Part shown: one piece after another, positions 11,948-38,498 of the stretch | Position numbering within the stretch: position 1 is the first letter of the stretch | Layout: each line of letters opens with the position of its first letter | Origin: Blasia pusilla | Taxonomy: Eukaryota | Assembly: GCA_050084515.1 (NCBI GenBank) | Contig: CM114271.1 | Coordinates: 14,880,001 to 14,944,000, forward strand | Length of the DNA: 64,000 bases | Reading direction: 5' to 3' | Program-made: the position numbers and the translations under genes | The notes under the pieces: model-generated | The model's input: the letters and a program-made list of their open reading frames with translations, nothing else | What the model was told of the DNA's origin: nothing | The model's database searches: none

Positions 11948-13133
11948 AATTGGCTTAGAAAAAGGAGATTCTTATGTTTATGGTGCCTCTTTTATGCGGG
12001 CCCAACTTTAGGAAAAGGAGGTAATAAATAAAAGATGACTTTATAAAAGTAAAGTAGTTGCTTTAATGAAAAGAAAAAGTAGTCTTGGTTGGTGGCTAGG
12101 TTAGTTGGGGTAATTTGGAAAATATCATGTGGATAAAAAAGGATATTTTGGAAGAGATAAGAGGAAATCTACTTGTGTCAAAATGTGATTGGCTAAGCCT
12201 TGAGAGGAAGCCATGTGGCACAAGATAAGATAAGCTCTATTTCGTACTCTTGTGGATCCCTTGTGAGTATATAAAGAGGAGGGACCTTCAAGGGTTCATC
12301 ACCTTCTATTCCACATCTTGAGTCTCTCGTGTCTTTCTTGAGTGTATGGCTTTGGGATTGCTTGCTCTTCCAATGAGAGTGGATCACCCCTCTTGGGAGA
12401 GTAACTTGATCATGGTCTATTCTTCGAGAGGTTTCTAGAGTGTGGTGTGTGTGTGTGGGGGGATGAGAGGTTTGTCACCGTAGAGGAGTTTAGTCATACT
12501 AAAATAGCGGATGTTTTGGCTTGTTACTTTCCCAATGAGAGTGGATTACCCCTCTTGGGAGAATAACTCATAAAACCCATTCTTGAGGAGAGTAGAGAAT
12601 GTCTGTCAAGCATGGATAGGGGTGGAGCACAGCCGTGCCCGACTTTCCTTTCCTCAATCCTTACCATGTCAAGGTACTCTTTGTAGATAGGCTTTGGTTC
12701 ACTCGCTATTTAGTTTATCACTTTGGTTGAGGCGTTCATGAACCAGGTCATGCAATCTCCAACTCCGGTGATTCTTCCTATCGTCACATATGGAAGGACA
12801 TGGGATTGTACTTTGTATGTCCTTATATAGCGATCCATGGATGTCAATAGGCCTGGTCAAGTAGGCTTTAACACTAGTTGTGATATCTTCCTCGTGTACA
12901 AACGTAAAATAGTTTATAGGGATTTTATAGTTAGGAATTTCGGGGTCCGATGTTACGAAGAAGTGATCGCCTCGGCACTTCCATTTGTGATACCTGTCGT
13001 GAGAGAATGGAGAGTGTACATCATAATTTTGTATTGAAAAAGGAGAACTTATTAGAGATTTCACCTTGCATCGACCGCATCTACCGTAGCTAGAAGGCCC
13101 GCCCTTGCTCGAAGAAAGATTCTCGACACGACA
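11948..13133 (+). repeat. Family A LTR, copy 3 (3' LTR)
   Basis: Follows the purine tract. Ends ...ACACGACA at 13133 and abuts family B DNMT sequence (tcgct...). Confidence 0.9.
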
Positions 13134-13970
13134 TCGCTCTCTCTCGTTGGGGTTGGGCTTCACCAACCGCTGAACCTGGTCCTCCCAAACTAAGCCAGGA
13201 TCGACCTCCTCGTATGCATGGGAAGCGGGAAAACTCACAAACGTGGGCAAGGCGGCCCGCGGCCTGCCTACCCTATTGACCACAGTCAACGGTGGTCGAT
13301 CATCGTGCCTCATTGCGTGTAATCGACGACCTGGATCCAAAATGGAATCCACTAAAAAATGGGAAGGGCGCTCCACTCTCGCATACGCCCTCCATAACAC
13401 CGCATGGGGCACCAAGTTGGTCCACCGTAGACGTGGGCGATGGGCTCTAGAACCTTCACTCGCCGCATCCAAGAACATTGCTGGACCGATCCAAGCACGC
13501 ATCTGATGAGCACTCGTCACCACCCGTGATCTAGAGTCTCCTAAGATCGGCACATTCTCCAAAATGTAGGCTGGAGAACGAGACTGGTGCTCCTGCAACT
13601 GCGGTAAAACCCTCAACCTCTCCCAAAACAACGAGGACCGAGTGTCAGCCAACCCGCTGCCTCATCCAGCACTCGATTGGCCCTGACATGGCCAACTGGA
13701 AATGACCAAATCAATGGTCCCTAGCCGCTCTAAGTCTGCGTCCCAACAACGAAATATCCCTCGGTAGGGAACTCTGGTATCCCTGTATTGCGGACGCAGA
13801 CAATAAGTCGGGAAAACGTAGGCGTAACTGCGCCACATGTCGTAGTGAGACACACCTTGCAACATCATCACTCTCCACATACAAGTACTGTTGTACTCGC
13901 ACTCCTGGCTGCAAAACAACAGCTAACCTTGTGCTAATCCCTCCAAAGAGATCTAACACTCGAATACCCT
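13134..13970 (-). pseudogene. Retrotransposon-encoded DNMT3-like C5 DNA methyltransferase domain (B1)
   Basis: Motif I IRVLDLFGGIS, II YLYVESD, IV IDLVISSWPCQG, VI YILENVP, VIII LDAASEGSRAHRPRLRWTNL, start of IX PNERER. Frameshifted and cut by the family A insertion. Confidence 0.92.
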
Positions 13971-14329
13971 CCTATGGGGTACACCACACAATGGATGTGG
14001 TATCCAAGGGTGTCATCGAAGCACTCCCTGCTACTTCGTGTTCCTCACACCCATTACGCTCCGGTGCAAACGCCTCGCTCCACGCGGTCTGCACGTGCTC
14101 ATCTGCCAATCATCGAAGCTCTTGAGTCGAGCCCCACAACGGCACCTCTCCTCCACGGAATGATGCAACTACCATAACACTCCTCTCCATAGAAATGTCA
14201 GGAACGCGAGTATCCTCTGCATGGACATGTCCCTCAATCAAATCACTAGGCCAAGTGATGGCATTGCTAAATGCTGCTAAGGTCGCCATCTCTCATGGCC
14301 GTTGCTCGATCACTGCACCTGTGAATCAA

Positions 14330-16830
14330 ACGGGTAATGAGCTAAGGCGCCCATCACATGACTACCATCCTCGTCTAGAGGACACTGACTCCTCCCAGTA
14401 ATCCAGGGAAAACCCCATCGGGTATAACATTGCTCCATCAACCAAGACATCGTAGGACTCTGCATCAGTCACTATCGCCTTGGCGCGCACCACGGACTCA
14501 TCTGTAGGATGTCCCGGGTGAATCTTCATCATGACCTCTTGTCGGGTGATATACTGTGTGGTACTTGCTCCACCCAAGGATGTCTGTATCCAGAATGGAC
14601 AACGCTCCACATCAGCTCTCGTCTTGCCCAATCCTCTGAATGACGCTTTCTCCAACATCAGGGGTTGCGCTCATGAATCCAACAAGACGCGCTGCGGACC
14701 AAAAGCTCTACCTCCAGGACTCACTAACTGGAAGACCTCTCCTCGGTTATCCAACAACACAACATCAGGAGAAGTGATGGCATGCTCTATCGCGGGTCTA
14801 GCGGGCATCTCCGCCATCCTAGCAGCCGCAGCCTGCCATGAATCTGACGTGGACGGTCCGAGCATTCGCTCCAAGGGCACGTCCATCACCTCCTCTGCAA
14901 TCACCTCTAAACGTGATGCAGGAACTCCAACTCCGCGCTCACATAGCAAAGCGGCCAGCGGAAAAGCCTCGGCGGGCGTACCCCCCAACATTATAACATC
15001 GGAAGCAGAAAATAAAGTAGTGAGGTACACAACGGTGGCCGCCCCCAACAATGTGCTTGACACATGCCCCTCCTGAGCATCAACAATAGGAGTCGTCGCA
15101 CTCGCTTCTCCCATCGCCCTCCTTGCCTGCACACCAACAACATCACCAACTCTCAAGGAACTTTGATGAGGACCCATCGATGGGCTCCTCATCGCTTCGG
15201 ACAACATGAAAGACTGAGGAAGCCTAGTCCGTTTTCTCGCTTCCCCTCGCTGTGGATCCAACTCTACGGCTGCTCCATGTGTCACAACTGCGGCAGCCTC
15301 CATTTGGGCAACCCCGCACATCCAACCAGGATCCTCCAGATCTCTGGCTACTCCATATGATGTCGATGCCACGGATACGGTATCGAGTAACCTCAATTCC
15401 ATAGCGGCAATCTGCTCCTGATGCTGCTGTATCTGAGCAGCCATCTGAGCCTCACGTCCAACGTCTCCCTCAGCGCGTCTAGGTGGTGGTACTCTACCTC
15501 CTCCACGGACAGCTCCACCACCCTGTCGGGCAACTCCAGCTCCTCGTCCCCCAACGAGACCACCTGGTGCACGATCTCTAGGCCCACCCGGACCGGCTAC
15601 TCCCTCTGGTGCCCTCTCTAGCCCTTGGTCCGGACGTAACTCAGGATGTAAACTGAAACACCCGGCGCGTGTATGACCATACCTCTGAAAATAGTCACAC
15701 TGATAACCTCCTTGTGTAGCACCATCTCCTCCTCCATGTTGAGGCACACGTCCATGACCCTGACGAGTGCAATGGCGCTGATGATGGGCTCTACCACATG
15801 ACCAACAAGTAATAGTAGGCGGCTGCTGTTGAGCCGCATATGAAGGCGCAGGTCTCTGTGCCACGGGCTCCCGGTATCCTCCCTGAGCTCGTGGTGCCAC
15901 AGTTGACCTATCTCAGAGTCCACGTTGCTGCACAGGTGGTGCAGCCAATCGCGATTGCTCTCACCCAGAACCCATGGTTGCTACGTTGTCCTTCGCCATA
16001 TTGCGCTCAATATTCTTGACGGTCCTAAAAACATCTCTCAACGTAGGGGAGGTGTTCATAAGAAGCACCCCCTCTCGCATCCGTGGCTGCAGGGTCTGGT
16101 CCAGCATCGCGTACCATGACTGGATAGCCTGAGCCTCTGTCACCCCCTAAATGACGTTGATCAACCGATGCAAGCGAGTGTAAGCCTCACGTAAACTCTC
16201 ACCCCGACGCCTCTAGAAGTTGTGGATGCTCGCAACTTCTCCGTCCGTACCCCCTGGTAGCGCGCCCTCAACTCAACAAAGAACTCAACCACGGGGTTGA
16301 ACCTGGGATGAACTCGAATAGACGGTGCAACTGCTCCAGTGCGAGTGATCCCTCCTAAAACATCACTAGTGGAAGAGGAAGAAGCCTCTCCTCACTCCTC
16401 CTCCTCATCTGCGAATGGCTCCGTCCATGACATATAGTGTGGGTCGTAGTATAGTCGTCATGCCTCAATCTCCTGGGCATATTTGTGGGAAAACTCATGG
16501 TAATCCTCCATGGGTGCCCCCTCTAAATGCTGGAACATACCATTCCATGTTGTAAACGGGTTGAACTCTCTAGAGTTCTTGGCCCACTGGGAGTCGCACC
16601 AACTCCTAAACTCTACTATGAAATCGTGCAACTCAATCGTACCTACTGCACCTGAAAACCTACGCGGTCCTCTACCCCGATCGTCCATCTTGTACGCCCA
16701 ACTGGTAGGACCACTCACAATGTGTGGCGATGTGCTCACAAACTCCTCTACACCCTCCCCCTTGTTTGACGATGACACAGAAGGAGGTCGAGGTGGTCCC
16801 TGAAGTGAAGACCCTCGGAACCTCACGCCA
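14330..16830 (-). pseudogene. Family B gag and aspartic protease (B1)
   Basis: RRFSG...FRSWCD, FQRRxGESLREAY-like capsid region, knuckles CWSCGRAHHQRHC and CDYFQRYGHTRAGC, protease RVLLDS(G)AQPL...YDVLVDG. Confidence 0.85.
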
Positions 16831-18216
16831 CTCCGCGTAAAACCTCTAGAGCTACTCTCGGGTTCACCACCTCGCCTCTCAAAGTCACGAGTGGACGCCG
16901 TGATGACCCTCGTGCCCTCCTCACCCGATCACTCTTGCCTCGCGAGTAATCCCTCAATCACTCATCCCAAACATGCGGCACTCGATCTACACTCGCCCTC
17001 CCCAAGACATGTAACGTGCGGCAATAAGCGGCGTGGTGCGGCAAATCGACCAGGCTATCATCTCATCGACAACCTACCCTCAACTCCCGACATCCCACAC
17101 AGGTCTATGTCCCCTAAACCACACACATAAATGATGCCCTCAGCATCCACACACCCAATATCCCCAAATAAACTACCCAAATCCCATAATCCTTCACACC
17201 TGCACCGTAAAGGACCAGAATGGGTAACCTGAACACATGTCGATGTTGCTCCTCAGCAACTGCAAATCTTAAGCCCAGCTCGCTCGTGGACACAACTCCT
17301 CCAATCAGCAAGTCATACTCCTCCCGTACTGACGTTGCTCAAAACTCCTCGATAGACGGTGCGGTTCAAGCGGAACGGTGCACGGCACGGTACCCGATCG
17401 TCGTTGAGCGGCTACCAATCACAACATAGCAGCATGAAATCAAAACTCAAACACTATAACAAGAAGTCATATGCCATCACAGGTTGATGACGGTGGCGGC
17501 CAAAACAAAGTACGTGATGGCGACGCAAGTCCGAGAATCAACGAACGTTGTGGAAGACCCTCCACTCCGTAACGGCGGCAATGGCAACCAAGGGTGGACA
17601 ACGGACGGTGGACCATTGACGGTGACGGTTGACCGTTGACTATGACTATGACGGCGACGGCCGCCGCCGGTGTGGCGGCTGGTTTAGGGTTTGCACAATC
17701 TAACCCTAAAAATTGCCTAGCAATGGCAGTTTTACAAGATTGACCATAACTTTTTGCTCGCAACTCCAAATTGCACACTATTTGTTGCATAGCCTGCACA
17801 GCTTCACAATCTAATCTAGCATCAAAAAATATTTGAAATCAAAAGTTCTAGTAAAAATTGACGGGGACTTTTGTAAAGCCCAAAGTCTCTTTCTTCTACC
17901 CAACATTCGGCAGCGCTTCCGCGCTGATTTCTCCCAACGAAAATGTAAAACTTGTGAAAAGAAAAATCAGAATGCTGCATGGTGCTCCCGAGAGCACCGA
18001 CGTGGGTAATCTTCCCACACACTCAAATTCTACCAACATTTGGGCAGCGCTTCCGCGCGCCACTCTCATGTACAAAAAAACGGTAAAGGAAAATAGCAAA
18101 CTGAATGACTCTTGCTCTCGTGAGCACTCCCATGATGAAGCAGGAAACACGGTCCCTAACCTCCAAACACAGCGAAACTCCAGCAAGCTCCCACATTGTA
18201 GCTCTCATTCTCTCTT

Positions 18217-18736
18217 TGTAAAGTACGATCTGATCTCTCTCGACACAATCTTACACCATAGCTCTCAAAGGTGTGCACTCTCTCTCATGTTAAACCAAAC
18301 CCACTCTCCTAATGAGAGGCTTGGGTTACATTCACAAGGCAAGGGACTATAGCTCTGCCGCCTCATGCCAAGAGGTTCAACAAACAGAGAATGAGCTCTC
18401 AAGCTCTCTCTCTCCTTGGGATATATACCCCTCCCCTCTCCCAAGCTCTCTCCATGGTAACCTATTCTCCCAAGTCACCTCCTTGGTTCTTGACCTGATG
18501 TAGGAGGTCAAGGGCCACTAACCAAAAATAGTAAGTCGATCATATAGTCAAAATGGTACTTACCTAAAATAGTAAGTTCCTCAATATGGCTCCAAATGAG
18601 CCAAAACGAATGGGGAACCCGCTCTCTCAGGTTTCCCGGGGCCTCACCTGGTCATCCTCGACCTCCTAGGCCTATCCTCCACTACTCTTGAAGACGCCTT
18701 ACTAGATCTCACCGATCTATCCTAAAGGACGTGACA
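18217..18736 (-). repeat. Family B putative 5' LTR (about 520 bp), copy B1
   Basis: TGTCA...TTACA with TATATA about 310 nt in. Homologous to 45204-45720 and 50695-51214. The inner boundary is inferred from the self-priming stem, not from a paired LTR. Confidence 0.6.
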
Positions 18737-18739
18737 TGG

Positions 18740-20640
18740 GAGTGAAATTGAGAGAATACTTGATTCAAGGGGCATGTAGTTTATAATAGCTTGAAAATTT
18801 AGTGTGAGGTGTGGATGTTAGAGTCTCTTTTTGGTGTTTAGAGAGTGGGTGAGAAGTAATACATGTCCAAGAAGATTAAGAAATGTGAGGAATATGTGCC
18901 ACATTCATGCAAACTACCAAGTTGCATGAGCGTTGCTTAAGTTGGAGGTACAAGTTGGTGTCAATCCAAGAATTTTGAACAATTGCAGATGGGGAAGTTT
19001 AATGTTAAGTCAAATGGTACAGGTGTTGTGAAAGGTGATTAGGTTGAGAAGGTGAGGAGAAATTGGATTTACTAGCTTAAATTTGGAGTATTTTGGGTTG
19101 ATGGCATAGTATTGTGGAGAGAAAGAGTTGAGAAAATTGTAGAAAACCTGCGGGTATAAGTTTAGATTTGGGAGAGATGTAGGCCTATACAATAAGTTTG
19201 CAAGTGATGAGAACTCCATCAATGTGTCCCACTTGCGTGAATTTGGTTTCCAAGGGGAAACCATCAAGTGGTATGACATATGGGCCATTGGAGAGTGCAA
19301 GACCATGGTAGGACCTTAGATCTAATACATTGTTGGAGGAGGTGAAAGAGATGTTTCAAGCGACTCTATCTTTTGCCATAGATATGGCCATGTTGGGTGT
19401 AGGGCTAGGGCTAGTGGATGTGTTCAATATTGGGACCACACTTAGTGAGATTTATGGCATGGCAACATCCTATTCTCAGTATGAAGGAGGGATGTAATGG
19501 TATCTCTTGGTGGGGAGATCATGGTGGAGACTTCGATGGCGATAGAGTTGAGTGTCACCTGGTAGGAGGCAGATACTCAAATGGAGGATTTTACATCAAA
19601 CCAAATGATCAAGCATATCTTAGCCAACCCCATAGTTGTCTTGTTGTACATCATCAAGGGATTTTTGTTTGTTTTTTGGGTGGACCCTTTAGTGTGGTTT
19701 ATCATCGAGAGTGTGTGCTTCATTAATCTAGACCCTAACATTTGATTTTGGTTTGGATAATAATTCTTGGATTGGGATTTCAGTATTCTAAGTTTAAGGG
19801 GTATTCATTTTAGATCCACACGACACTAGCTAGTTTGAATGTGCCACAATTCATGACCTCGAAGGAGTTGATTGTGAAGGTGCAGCCAAAGCATCGTATC
19901 AATGTTTCAATGGTGAGAGCTTGGGTGGTAGTGATTGGCATTGAGTTGTTTGATATGTTGGTTGGAGATGTTATTTTGCATACCACGAGGTTCATGTTGG
20001 ACTATGAGAGGATTCAACCTTGTATAGGCCAAATTAGTAGTCACAAGGTATTGAGTGTTGTGACCTATTGTTTAGTGGTGAGTTATGTTGGTGAATTGTA
20101 TTACCTTTAGTTGAAGGGTTATGGGTATGCTCAAAGATCCAAGCATAGGAATTGATTTGACTAGTAATACGTAACTTAGTATGCTCGCACCCTCATAGCT
20201 TGATGTGATTTTGTCCGGAAATTACATTAAGCTAATAGAGGAAATGCATTAGCCTAAAGCTCAACTATAAGAAATGCAAGTTTATTTCTAGTGAACAAAA
20301 TTGAATATTTAGGTCACACTATACTTATGTGCAAGAGAAGAAGGTTGAGACTATTGCACATATAATGTGCCCTACAAACATAAGTTGAGTAAATGTATCG
20401 ATAGGATTGGTAAACTATTACAAACGATGTATTAATAGATTATAGGTAATTACAAGGTTATTGACATTGTTGTGAGAGTGGACTAGAAGTGGCAAAACGA
20501 AAAGGACCTAAATAGAGCTTTTTAGGAGCTCAAAGATACATTGGCATCGAAGCCTACTTTGAAGACACGTTAGATTACTACCATTCCAATTTCTTATGGA
20601 TCTTACTGGCCAATGTCTAATTAAGTGAAGTTTGGAGGAG
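18740..20640 (+). pseudogene. Ancient decayed relative of family B (gag/protease/RT remnants)
   Basis: ORF 19835-20110 (QFMTSKELIVKVQP...SMVRAWVVVIGIELFDMLVG...LDY) aligns by eye with the B protease. MLKDPSIGIDL at about 20128 and KCKF...IEYLGH at about 20270-20320 resemble B pre-RT and RT segments. Confidence 0.6.
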
Positions 20641-21706
20641 AATTGAGGTTTCTCGTTGAAAAGTGGGCCACAATGGGTGGAGAGACATTGCATCACATTC
20701 TTTGTGAAGTACGGACGCCATCACACGGCTCTCATTCTTGAGAGTGGCACTCGTTCACATATCTTGCATGGACATTCATGTACTAACAAGCTGATGACCA
20801 GATAGTCACCAAGTACAGCTTTGATGGTTGGTGATACCATTACATAAACAGTCAAAAATACAAAGACGAAGTGAGGTGTACAGGTTGTCTTGGCTATAAC
20901 TTTACATGTTGAGGTTACCAGGAGGTTTCAATTAGATGGGTGCCAGGATCCGGAAATGCATCACGGATTCAATGCATCGCAACATTTCTTCAGACACATC
21001 GGAATACAATCATTTCAACGACGGTAATAAGACATAAAATGATGAAGACAAAAATTTCACATCTCATCTTCTGCAGAAAATATTTAACATACTAGTAAAC
21101 CACTAACAGACTTCATTATATTAAATATTACTTTATGTTGACCGTGAAATTATATCCCCAAGTACTACCACTACCCATGACCCTAAAACTGCGTTGGATG
21201 TTGGATGGATGGAACAAGGTTTGACCAGCGTGTTCTCACAGATGAAGAAGACCTCAAGAGAATGCTTACTAATAAAAGCAAGCTGGCAGGGTATTTTGGT
21301 TGGCATAATACATCAATTGAAGGGAGCTTTTCTTGAGAACAAAATGGTCTCTGTGACAAGATTTCTACGCAGTTTCTGGGGCCTTAGGATTTTCTAAAAA
21401 AATCACGACAGAGCTTCAGGCACATCTCTCACTGAGCGGATTTCCACTAAACAGAGACCTAATTGGAGATTCCCAAGTGCATCGCACCAACCTCCCATCT
21501 ATCTAGAACTACATTTGATAAATGAATTAATCTTTCTACTGATATACACCTTCAAAATCTGGAGTATTGAATTGAATCACTCCAGGAAAACCTAGTGATG
21601 GGAGTATTGAACCTCTCCGCATGACATCAATTACTACTTTGTTGAGCCTGGGCCACACCTTAAAAGATGTGGGACTTGCAGAGTGCCTTGCCAGGGATGT
21701 GTCTAA

Positions 21707-36208
<14,502 letters not shown>

Positions 36209-36214
36209 TTTGAT

Positions 36215-38200
36215 TCTATGTCGCCAATGGATCGACAACAGATACCTATGGAGGCAGTACTTCGCAAGTCATAGACCGAGTGCAAGGAGCGTCGATTCAC
36301 GATGCAGTCCCGGGAGAGGAGAGCGATTGAAACTCTCTCGAAAACAGCTCGATGGAGTTTTCGTAGCACCGAAATAAACGCATTGTTAGGAAAGACTCCG
36401 AGATAGTAACCTCTCCGACATGAAGGGGAAGCCGCGACGTCGAGGCCTCGGAACTGGTCGATATCAAAGCAATGATGAGCCGTTTCCAATGTGCATTCCG
36501 ATGACGAAACGCACTCACCTTTCGCGAGCTACAACGTTGCCGATCATGCGCACAGAAGAACTCCGACGCCTCGGACAAGGATTACTGTTTCCACTCCGTT
36601 ACGCAAGCAGAGTCCTGTTGCACCACCAGCAGCGTTAGCTTCCACTGAGAATCGAGGACAGCCGATCACGAACTCGATTGACCTGCGCTCTATCCCAAGA
36701 GGCTCACATTTCCTCGAGTATTGACAGCAGACATCCAAGCGCGTTCTCACTCGATATCGGTGCCGACGCAAATCTCCTACAGTGCCGTCCCAACCTCATT
36801 CCCTCCCTGCCCCGCTTCCTACCATCGGCGCCAAGCGCAGATCTCCCTCCCTCCAAAACAAAATCAATTACCCCTCCTGTCCCACCGTAGCGCCCACCCA
36901 TGCAGCAGACCCGCAGACGGCCGACGATGCACGCAAATGCCTGGCCTGGCCTCCCAAAATTCCCATGGAGATCCCCTCCCCTTCCCTTCGCTTAACCGAA
37001 CTCCCACAGCCCGGTACCGAGTTTACGTCATCCCCACTCACTCCCGCATCGCAGGCACAGGCACCAGCACCATCATCAACAACAACCCCCGCCCCGTCTC
37101 GGCTCCGTGCTCAGAGAGGCGGAAAAATTAAGCGGCAAGATCAAATTGCCCGACTCCACATGTGTCTCTCGCCCTCGTCCCTCCCGCACAAACCTATCCA
37201 AAAGCGCGCGATCGCTCCCGCACTTTTGAACCTCCTCTGTCCGTCTTCCTTCCTTTCCTTCCTTCCTTCCTTCCCTTCCTCGTTCATTTACTCGCGCTCT
37301 TCTGTCGGACCCTCGACAGAGAACCATGCCATTCCTTCCCCCGCACCTCGTTCAGATCCCAGCTACGGTACGTACGGCTACCCGACCTCTCTTCTCTCTT
37401 TCCTTCCTTCCTTCCTTCCGTCCGTCCGTCCGTCCCTCCCTCCCTCCCTAATAACTAGGGCGGGCATGGGACGGACATTCGCGTGACCTCACAGAGAGAG
37501 ATTCCATCTAATCTCTGGCGCCGTCAGATCGCCCATCGGACTGCGTTCCTGCAGCAGCGCGAACAGCTCTGTCCGTAGATGGGGCGTCGTACGTTGCCAT
37601 GGACCCCTCGGCCTACGGGGCCGAACCGAACCACGGCAAAGGTTAACTCCACGATTCTGTCATCCTCATGCGTGTCATTCTCCCAGTGGTGACAGGTTGC
37701 TCACGTGGGCTACCTCGGCTGTCGTTTCTGCGAGCGAGAGCGAGAGGAGGCGGAGGGATGGTTACCGCTCGAATTCTCCTCTGTACAAGAACTGACGCCA
37801 CTCCGGCCGGCTGTTCTCCGCTCGAAGTATCTCCACCCCCACTGTTCTCCTATCGAAAACCCCCTCGAGTGCGACTTACGTAACTGCAACCGAATGCTCC
37901 ACTATCCCGCGGAATCACTACTGTTCTCACTCCCCACCTCGCTTTCAAAGTGACCGCGGTTTACTGAACCGACACCTCAGCTCTTCGCACCCCGTCCCAA
38001 CGTCGCGGACCCACCGTGCCGTCCCTGTATCCAGTGAAGAGCGATACCCACAAGCGCGCTACACCGAAGAGGGCGATGACGACTGGACCGCCCCGAACTC
38101 CCGCTAATTTAGGTTTAGGCGATGGCCGGTTGTTATTTCCGTCTCCCGGTTGCTAAAAATGAACTCCGTTGGTGAGTTAGGTGAAGAGGATGCCTCGGTA
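36215..38200 (-). promoter_or_regulatory. CpG-rich 5' UTR/promoter region of the CHD gene, with (CCTT)n/(TCCG)n microsatellites
   Basis: Sharp rise in GC and CpG upstream of the first coding exon. Pyrimidine repeats at about 37244-37280 and 37399-37448. TSS not located. Confidence 0.55.
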
Positions 38201-38498
38201 TTAATGGACGAGGAGTAGGTGGGGGAGATGCCAAGTGGCAGCAAACGATTGGTAAATTAAGGCAACCATCAATTTCTTAGTAATTCTTCACCACATATTC
38301 TAAAATTGAAGAGATGATCTCAATGAACAAGTGAGTTCACAATTAAAAGAAAAAAAGAATATAAATAGATATACAGATATTATCAAATCAAGAGAAGATA
38401 ATGTAATGGGAACTCATCAATTTCATAGTATTTCTTCACCACATGTCTTAAATTAGGATGTGATCTTGATGAATAACTCAAGTATATGATAAATCGTA

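Larger units (their letters stand above)
4990..13133 (+). mobile_element. Family A Ty3/Gypsy LTR retrotransposon, near full length (LTR-gag-PR / RT-RH-INT-LTR)
   Basis: Two LTRs, gag, protease (ALVDHGSEIN, about 7963-7995), RT, RNase H and integrase in Gypsy order, and a purine tract GGAGGGGG at about 11939-11946. Confidence 0.92.
13134..18736 (-). mobile_element. Family B (DNMT-Gypsy) copy B1, 5' part: terminal region, long leader, gag, protease, DNMT
   Basis: Begins TGTCAC at 18736 on the minus strand. Colinear with 45204-50694 and 50695-56580. Interrupted by family A at 13133. Confidence 0.92.

Noticed and set aside
12699-13652. 317-aa ORF as an intact methyltransferase gene
   Set aside because: It is a chimera: DNMT motifs VI-IX read through into the antisense family A LTR at 13133, and motifs I, IV and X are absent.
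13134-13970. DNMT as a bacterial restriction-modification gene or contamination
   Set aside because: It sits at the same position in three Gypsy copies, in frame with protease and RT, has DNMT3-like signatures and has no nuclease partner.
14531-15621. Antisense ORFs over family B gag/protease, and their equivalents in B2 and B3
   Set aside because: Expected shadows of GC-rich coding sequence. Their boundaries are not conserved between copies and they show no domain motifs.
36782-37486. 234-aa Pro/Ser-rich ORF on the plus strand
   Set aside because: Low-complexity translation of a GC-rich, microsatellite-containing UTR/promoter region with no recognisable domain.
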